Part shown: in pieces, positions 58,278 to 64,000 of the stretch
Numbering within the stretch: position 1 is the first letter of the stretch
Layout of the letters: every line of letters starts with the position of its first letter
IMG/VR virus record: IMGVR_UViG_3300025316_000016
Location: 977-64,976 of that record
DNA length: 64,000 bases
Direction: 5' to 3' (one strand)
Source of the DNA: a virus
Lineage: Duplodnaviria > Caudoviricetes
Translations under genes and position numbers: made by a program
Notes under the pieces: model-generated
Seen by the model: only the letters and a program-made list of their open reading frames with translations
The model's database searches: none
What the model was told of the DNA's origin: nothing

Positions 58278-59612
58278 CTATTTAAATTTCCAATCGTTGC
58301 AATAATCAAATTTGTGTAACTGCTTTAATCTATCTTCACATGAGTCACCGATATCTGTACGATATGCAGGATCATTACCTAATTTTACCTGTTTCACTAC
58401 TTTATAAGCAGCATCTTTTGCCTGTGTTATCGTGTCGCCAATGCCCATACACACACATATGTAAGTACCAGCAGTGCCCCACTCAGGGTAGTTTTCTACA
58501 ACTTCATCATCAACCATCTTAATAGTAGATGATAGCTTGATTTCACACGGTGATACCATAGAAATGTCTTTCACATCATCAGTGATTACCGGATAATCTA
58601 GATAGTCTTCGATAGGTTTCTTTGCAAATGGGAAGTCTGAACACGCCATGACAACACCAAGAGCAGTCTCGCCGCCAATAATTTCAAATGTGTCCTTCCC
58701 ATTGATTAGATCGACCATCCATTGAGCAGGATCACCAACGATTAATGATTGTTGAATATTGTGTATAGGGTAGCCTGGACGTTGTGTAAATTCCATTGGC
58801 CAAGGAGTACCATCGTTTTCATCTACTATAACACTAATATCAACGAAACCAACATATTTCAATTCGTGCAATAGCTTTTCTAGGGGTTTCAGCATTATAT
58901 CAGCTAGTTTAGAATCTTTAGTGTATCTTAGCGCCGTCCCCATTTCTCCAGTGCTAACACCAAGATCCCCGTTCATCAGTTTCTTGTGCTCGAAGTTCTC
59001 ACAGAACACGCTATTGAATCCATTAGGACCAAACATACCCATAACAGCAAGTTCAGTACCTTTCTTGAATTCTTGAAGAATGAACTTCGTGATACCTGCT
59101 TTCTTACCAACTTTCTTCATACGAGTAAGAAACCCGATCATGTCTGCTGGATCTTTAGCTAGATACGTTAAAGATTTATCTTCTACAGATCCACAAGGTT
59201 TGCAGCAGTATCTATTTGGATTTGCTTTGACGAAAGCTATTGCTTGGTCATAATTGGAAAATTCGGTTGATGGTATTACTTTGTTGCCACAATCTTTTAT
59301 AGCGTTTTGACCATACATTCTATCTACTTCTAATCGTGCAGATCTTTTATCTGGTCCAAAAACTGGCAACCCTTTTTTGCGAAGTTCTAGAACTTCATCC
59401 ATGAAATCTACATTATCTGCCACGAATATCAAATCGCAGTGTTGTGCATATGATTTAGCTTGTTGCCAGTTGTCGAACTTGTCAACAAGTCCTTGGCCAA
59501 TGGGTTCGGCGATAGGTCCTACTGTGATTAATTTAACTGTGTGTCCAGCGGCGATGCAGTCTAGGCACCAGTGCACACTTAGTGCATATGGATCGATACT
59601 CAAGATATTCAA
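58278..59612 (-). CDS. Divergent PurD (GAR synthetase)-like ATP-grasp ligase
   Basis: VFGP...ARLEVDR, FILQEF..G.E, FEHKKL.NGDLG..TGEMG, MEFTQRPGYP, YRTDIG; TTG start with GGAG SD; no GSGGREHA motif. Confidence 0.8.
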   Translation of the reverse strand: MNILSIDPYALSVHWCLDCIAAGHTVKLITVGPIAEPIGQGLVDKFDNWQQAKSYAQHCDLIFVADNVDFMDEVLELRKKGLPVFGPDKRSARLEVDRMYGQNAIKDCGNKVIPSTEFSNYDQAIAFVKANPNRYCCKPCGSVEDKSLTYLAKDPADMIGFLTRMKKVGKKAGITKFILQEFKKGTELAVMGMFGPNGFNSVFCENFEHKKLMNGDLGVSTGEMGTALRYTKDSKLADIMLKPLEKLLHELKYVGFVDISVIVDENDGTPWPMEFTQRPGYPIHNIQQSLIVGDPAQWMVDLINGKDTFEIIGGETALGVVMACSDFPFAKKPIEDYLDYPVITDDVKDISMVSPCEIKLSSTIKMVDDEVVENYPEWGTAGTYICVCMGIGDTITQAKDAAYKVVKQVKLGNDPAYRTDIGDSCEDRLKQLHKFDYCNDWKFK

Positions 59613-59677
59613 TTTACTCTCCGATAAATGTCTAATATATCAGTATTTAGACATATTAGACACTCGTGTTGAACTGC

Positions 59678-59992
59678 TTAAATTTTAGGTGGTCTACCGC
59701 GACCTCGTGGTGATTCTGCCACAGCATCATCCAATACCGGATATTCTTCCAGAGTTGGACCTTTTAATGACTGCACTCTCTTTGCAATATCATCTGACGA
59801 TATTGTTTGTACGATGAACTGCTTAAACTCGTGGTACCCATTAGTGACATTCATTGGCGCGACACTAGTATCTTTGGTGAAGAACAACGCACACCCACCA
59901 ACACTCAGTGGTGCAACTTCAATGACAGCATCCAAATCAATAATACACAAACACCCTTTATCTTTACTAAAAACTTCTACCTTCACGCCCAT
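59678..59992 (-). CDS. Hypothetical protein with C-terminal AT-hook-like motif
   Basis: Ends PRGRGRPPKI. Confidence 0.65.
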   Translation of the reverse strand: MGVKVEVFSKDKGCLCIIDLDAVIEVAPLSVGGCALFFTKDTSVAPMNVTNGYHEFKQFIVQTISSDDIAKRVQSLKGPTLEEYPVLDDAVAESPRGRGRPPKI

Positions 59993-60288
59993 TAATTACT
60001 CCTCATAGTTGAAAAAAACTCATACACCTTCATTGATATATCAGATACAAACATATGTATAACATCGAAATACATGTACGACAAGGCACCAAAAATCGTC
60101 ACCACGCCCGATAAACACAAAAGTAATGCTATAGACTCACTTCTATACCATTCAATCTCAAGTTCTATCATATCTCTCTGTGCTAGAAAGACATAATTCT
60201 CACCATCATCTTTTAGTATATCCACATTTAGTGCTGACAGTCTTTTATTGGCATACCACCAATAGTATGGAGCAAATAATTTATTCAC
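59992..60288 (-). CDS. Hypothetical membrane protein
   Basis: One hydrophobic segment, IALLLCLSGVVTIFGALSYMYF. Confidence 0.6.
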   Translation of the reverse strand: MNKLFAPYYWWYANKRLSALNVDILKDDGENYVFLAQRDMIELEIEWYRSESIALLLCLSGVVTIFGALSYMYFDVIHMFVSDISMKVYEFFSTMRSN

Positions 60289-60446
60289 CAGTAATTCTCA
60301 CTAAGTTCAAAAGGTTTCTTTGATTTTTGTTTATTGGGTTTGCGGACAGATCTAGGTTCATATCCAGCAAGTTTTTCTTTATTTCTACGAATACCACAGT
60401 CATCTTCTCGACTTCTTTTTGGTAATACATAATCATCTATATTCAT
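60285..60446 (-). CDS. Small basic hypothetical protein
   Basis: Likely start at 60446; overlaps the next gene by 4 bp. Confidence 0.5.
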   Translation of the reverse strand: MNIDDYVLPKRSREDDCGIRRNKEKLAGYEPRSVRKPNKQKSKKPFELSENYW

Positions 60447-60453
60447 TTCGTTC

Positions 60454-60669
60454 TCAAAAATCCCATACAATTTCTAACTTCTTTATGTGTTGATAGTCTT
60501 CCAGCGCATCATTGATATTGCTTTTGTTCGGTGGAATGAACACATAATCAATATCACCTTCTTTTGCTGCAAGCTTTTCGTTTAGGTATTCTATTGCCTC
60601 TAATGCTGTACTAAAGGTTTTCATGTCCTTGTTATTAGCTAGGACGGGTCTGCACACGTATTTTATCAT
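60454..60669 (-). CDS. Hypothetical protein
   Basis: Likely start at 60669 after AGAG. Confidence 0.55.
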   Translation of the reverse strand: MIKYVCRPVLANNKDMKTFSTALEAIEYLNEKLAAKEGDIDYVFIPPNKSNINDALEDYQHIKKLEIVWDF

Positions 60670-60699
60670 GTATATTCTCTTTATCAAATACTAATTTGT

Positions 60700-60767
60700 T
60701 ATAAATAGTTATAGGTCGCGATACTAGACATATCCACCTATTCTAATAACTTACTAGGAGTATCAGC
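60700..60767 (+). ncRNA. Late promoter plus structured leader motif, copy 2
   Basis: TATAAATA (60700-60707), then ATAGGT-CGC-GATA-loop-TATC-C-ACCTAT, an SD-covering hairpin and CAGC-ATG. Confidence 0.7.
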
Positions 60768-61376
60768 ATGAGTATATATGTACCAACATATCTTTATGTC
60801 AAACATCATTCAGTTACAGGTCTAAAATACTTCGGTATGACCACCAGAACAGATCCAATTAAATATCTAGGGTCTGGTAAATACTGGAGATCTCACACCA
60901 AGAAACATGGAGTAACGTTCGTTGAAACCTTGTGGTTAAAATTATTCGATACCCAAGAATTACTAACAGATTTCGCATTATTATTTTCAGAACATTGGGA
61001 CATAGCAAATTCCAATGACTGGGCTAATCTTATACCAGAAAACGGTGTGGGTGGTGTGCGAGGGCTTGTACATTCGGACGAATCTAAATTAAAGATGTCA
61101 CTATCTAAGCTCGGCATACCAACAAAACCACATTCAGCAGAAACCAAATTAAAAATGTCTATCTCACACAAAGGTAAAATTCATTCACCGGAACATGTGG
61201 AAAAGATTGCAGCAACCAAAAGAGGCATACCTCAACCAATTGAACGAAATTTACTACAATCTATCGCCACGAAAGGAATACCAAAACCAATATTGATGTG
61301 TCCGCATTGTAATAAAGTTGGTGGTATTCCGGGTATATATAGATGGCACTTTAATAACTGTAAGTTAAGGGTATGA
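60768..61376 (+). mobile_element. Free-standing GIY-YIG-like endonuclease with NUMOD3-type repeats, antisense to its neighbours
   Basis: TYLYVKHHSVTGLKYFG...YLGSGKYW..H.KKHG; HSDESKLKMS and HSAETKLKMS; CPHC...RWHFNNCK. Confidence 0.85.
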
Positions 61377-61553
61377 TTCGCGCCCCCACTCTACATATTC
61401 TCTCGTTTTTGGATTAAAATAATTTCCGTTTGTAGGATCATAATAATGGACAGTGCCGAATATTCTAATCGGCCCAATAAACCCTTCTCTCTTAGTATAA
61501 CCATCTAAATCCCCACATGTATCTTTTGCTATCGGTTTGAACTGAAGTTTCAT
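61365..61553 (-). CDS. Hypothetical protein
   Basis: Y..REG..GP....G.V.YYDP..G.Y..P.T pattern of small phage proteins. Confidence 0.6.
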   Translation of the reverse strand: MKLQFKPIAKDTCGDLDGYTKREGFIGPIRIFGTVHYYDPTNGNYFNPKTREYVEWGRESYP

Positions 61554-61560
61554 GTGTTCC

Positions 61561-62637
61561 TTATTTGATAGTTGTCAACAAAACTACATCACAATTAATC
61601 CTCCCATTCAAAGGAGACGCGACAGATGTGATGTTAGCCATAATCTTTTTAAGAATCGTTTTCTTACCCTTCACAACATCAGGTATAACTTCCAGTGGCT
61701 TCCTTACTATTTTATTTATGGATAATGTTTCGTCATAATTCTCAATGGTAGTACCTTTGACACTCAAACCAGCCCCATCCTTAGCAACATATACACCTAG
61801 CTTTCTGGTTTTAGTATTGAACACCCATAGTGACTGACACCCAATAATACTCTCTGGTTTGACCGACACAATCTTATATTCAGGATCATCTTTCTTGAAT
61901 ACAAGTTTCAGTATCTTCTTGGATAACGGAACCACTTTCTTCTTGCGTGGTATTTTAGCGACCTTTGCATTAGAAGTAAACTTATTACAATCTGCCAACA
62001 CTAATTGCAGAAACTGATTAAGCTTCTTTATTTCGGTCTTGTTGTAGTTCGAGTACCCCTCAACGAGCTGTTCATCTTTACCAGCAACAACTTCTTTAAC
62101 CTCAATACTTAATGGTTTAAAATGGTCGATGATTTGTTTTGTATGAACAGCCTTACACACTTGCGCTGATAGAAACTCATACACTTTTAATGTGTAATCA
62201 CGTATATCAATAGCATCCTCGATGGTGTTGATGATCTCTGTACAATGGTTGTATATCTTATCCTGGAGAGATACCTTTGGTTTAGTGGGTATCGTGTCGG
62301 GTTTATCCACTACTGGAGCAATATAATTGAACAGCTCATTGATCCTAACATCGATCCAAGAGATTTGTTCAAGTGTTGGTTGGTATCCACGAGAGATCAT
62401 TCTAACAACATACCCAACATTTTTGACTTCCCATTCTGAAACTGATGATATTTTACTAATCATCTTTGGGTCGTATTTGTTGAGTTTCATGTGTGTCACA
62501 AGATACACACGAGAATCTTTGTAGTCCTTCGTGCGAGAATACCAACTTAGACACTCAGTGAAATTGTATGTGTTATCGAATGACGGCTCTTTACCATATA
62601 CAAGATCATCAATGTTTACACGTTTCTTTTCAGCCAT
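61561..62637 (-). CDS. Conserved T4-like hypothetical protein
   Basis: DEQLVEGYS; SVKPESIIG...LWVFNTKTRKLGVY...GLSVKGTTI..YD...S..K.VRKP...NGRIN. Confidence 0.8.
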   Translation of the reverse strand: MAEKKRVNIDDLVYGKEPSFDNTYNFTECLSWYSRTKDYKDSRVYLVTHMKLNKYDPKMISKISSVSEWEVKNVGYVVRMISRGYQPTLEQISWIDVRINELFNYIAPVVDKPDTIPTKPKVSLQDKIYNHCTEIINTIEDAIDIRDYTLKVYEFLSAQVCKAVHTKQIIDHFKPLSIEVKEVVAGKDEQLVEGYSNYNKTEIKKLNQFLQLVLADCNKFTSNAKVAKIPRKKKVVPLSKKILKLVFKKDDPEYKIVSVKPESIIGCQSLWVFNTKTRKLGVYVAKDGAGLSVKGTTIENYDETLSINKIVRKPLEVIPDVVKGKKTILKKIMANITSVASPLNGRINCDVVLLTTIK

Positions 62638-62638
62638 G

Positions 62639-63019
62639 TCAATATACAATTTCCATAGAAGTTACTGAATCAACTCTAAATGATCTGTAACCATCGTTCT
62701 CTACATCGAATACCACGACCACATTATCATTAATCGCTTTTCTTTCTTGTGTTTCAGAAATTAGCTCGATATCGACACCAGATGGATCAACTTCTTTTTG
62801 TGGTAGGTATTGGTCTAATAATGTACCTTTCAATACGCGAACATCGCCGTTAACTTTCGTGAATGTAATATTAGCAACGTTATTATGTAGTATATCAATA
62901 ATCTCATCTCTGTTCATAGTTTTCTCTTTCTTACCCCAAATTAAGTCCCAATTGGCGTTGAATTTGTCTGTATCCACCGCCCTAGCATTACTACCTTTAC
63001 CACCAGCCCACGCTGCCAT
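62639..63019 (-). CDS. WYL_2/Sm-like SH3 beta-barrel protein with N-terminal extension
   Basis: ITFTKVNGDVRVLKGTL...VFDVENDGYRSFRVDSV; possible internal start at 62917. Confidence 0.75.
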   Translation of the reverse strand: MAAWAGGKGSNARAVDTDKFNANWDLIWGKKEKTMNRDEIIDILHNNVANITFTKVNGDVRVLKGTLLDQYLPQKEVDPSGVDIELISETQERKAINDNVVVVFDVENDGYRSFRVDSVTSMEIVY

Positions 63020-63027
63020 AATTTCTC

Positions 63028-63225
63028 CTATGCTACTGAATTAGTTAATGGTGATTTGATATTAACCACCACATCGTTTTCATACAATTCATCGACAATC
63101 AACAATTTTGATTTAGTAATACAATGATTGCAAATGACCGCCCCAGTTTCTGCTATAATCAATATCGTGCCTTGCTTCTTTACAGCTGCACAGAAGCTGC
63201 ATTTTACCTCAGAATCCATGATCAA
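63028..63225 (-). CDS. Stand-alone ClpX-type C4 zinc-finger protein
   Basis: CSFC......LIIAETGAVICNHCI matches the ClpX N-terminal zinc-binding pattern. Confidence 0.7.
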   Translation of the reverse strand: MIMDSEVKCSFCAAVKKQGTILIIAETGAVICNHCITKSKLLIVDELYENDVVVNIKSPLTNSVA

Positions 63226-63874
63226 AATTTACCTCTGCATATGTATCAACTTCCACAACGGGTTCAACTGTCATCTTAGCATACAAGTCAAGGAAACCTG
63301 CTTTGGTTTCATCATCAAAACGATTAGTACATAGAGTGATAGCTTTCATCTTATCATTAAAGATGTTGTATGACTTAGCAATATGTACAAGTCTACGAGT
63401 ACTTATAATCTCGTCAATAGCACCTTCCATATATGTCTTTCTGATAACATCTGCCCACTGAACCAATTCATCGATGAATGATTTGTCGGTAATCAATGGT
63501 GATAGAATCTTCTTCTCTGTCTTAGTATCAGGAAATTCTTGTTCAATAGTAATAACGAAACGTTCCAAGAATGCTGAGTCAAGTATCTGTGATAGATAGT
63601 TTCCATCTTCAGATCCCTTACCCTTTGTGTTAGCGGTAGCGATAATGTTGAATCCAGCTTTAGGATGAATCATTTCACCAGTCTTCTTGTTATAGTACGA
63701 AGCACCTTCAAGGATACCCTGCAAACACATCAACTTAGCACCATTACCACGATCAACCTCATCGCAATTATGTGTTACTACACCATTATATGATACAAAT
63801 GTGTGGTTTTTTCTGACAGTTAATGTTCTGACTGTACCAAGACCCATCTTTGTAATTTTTTTTATTTGTTTCAT
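63209..63874 (-). CDS. Split-intein IntC fused to the C-terminal half of a CobS/MoxR-like AAA+ ATPase
   Basis: 36-aa IntC ending HTFVSYNGVVTHN, then C-DEVD (Walker B), CLQGILEG, FNIIATANTKGKG, AFLERF, ISTRRLVHI. Confidence 0.9.
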   Translation of the reverse strand: MKQIKKITKMGLGTVRTLTVRKNHTFVSYNGVVTHNCDEVDRGNGAKLMCLQGILEGASYYNKKTGEMIHPKAGFNIIATANTKGKGSEDGNYLSQILDSAFLERFVITIEQEFPDTKTEKKILSPLITDKSFIDELVQWADVIRKTYMEGAIDEIISTRRLVHIAKSYNIFNDKMKAITLCTNRFDDETKAGFLDLYAKMTVEPVVEVDTYAEVNFDHGF

Positions 63875-63903
63875 GTTATTCTCAATTGGATTAATGAGGT
63901 TTC

Positions 63904-63931
63904 ATTATACATCATTTTATAAAATTATCAA
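63904..63931 (-). promoter_or_regulatory. Sigma70-like promoter for the IntC-ATPase fragment
   Basis: TTGATA-16 bp-TATAAT about 30 nt upstream of ATG 63874; the region is AT-rich, so a chance match is possible. Confidence 0.55.
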
Positions 63932-63957
63932 CTTTTATGTGCAATTTCTTATATATG

Positions 63958-64000
63958 CTAAATAGGTATAGGTCACGATACCGCAAATATCTACCTATTC
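63958..64000 (+). ncRNA. Late-like promoter plus structured leader motif, copy 3 (cut by the window edge)
   Basis: CTAAATA, then ATAGGT-CAC-GATA-loop-TATC-T-ACCTAT-TC. Confidence 0.65.

Noticed and set aside
58278-59612. Assigning the gene symbol purD
   Set aside because: The substrate-binding N-terminal motif is missing and there is no purine-pathway context.
1-64000. Stop-codon reassignment as the cause of the split genes; tRNA genes
   Set aside because: TAA, TAG and TGA all end conserved genes at expected positions and core genes are full length. No cloverleaf was seen in the few intergenic gaps.

Overview
A 64 kb segment of a large, AT-rich T4-like myovirus genome in standard genetic code. 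No rRNA, tRNA or CRISPR array was seen. Bases 1-44841 (minus strand) hold the late virion module: prohead protease gp21, core proteins, portal gp20, tail tube gp19, sheath gp18, terminase gp17/gp16, neck gp15/14/13, a tail-fibre cluster, a VrlC-like protein and baseplate gp8/7/6/25/5/27/53/48. Bases 44926-51463 (plus strand) hold gp4, gp2, gp54, gp26/gp51 and two tape-measure-like paralogs. Bases 51503-63874 (mostly minus strand) hold gp32, gp59, gp33, PhoH and accessory genes. T4-type late promoters (TATAAATA) recur throughout. Five signals stand out. (1) The terminase gene is fractured by an atypically split intein at Walker A, with a nuclease gene between the halves. (2) A second split-intein C-fragment is fused to a CobS/MoxR-like AAA+ half-gene that has its own promoter. 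(3) A covarying two-hairpin leader occurs three times, twice directly ahead of GIY-YIG genes that share a C-terminal zinc finger. (4) A U UUU UUC slippery site would fuse gp26 to gp51 by a -1 frameshift. (5) A VrlC-like protein is broken mid-domain by a poly-Gly/'IICT' module, in a genome that also carries a late-expressed PurD-like ligase. All family assignments come from recognising motifs by eye; no searches were run.
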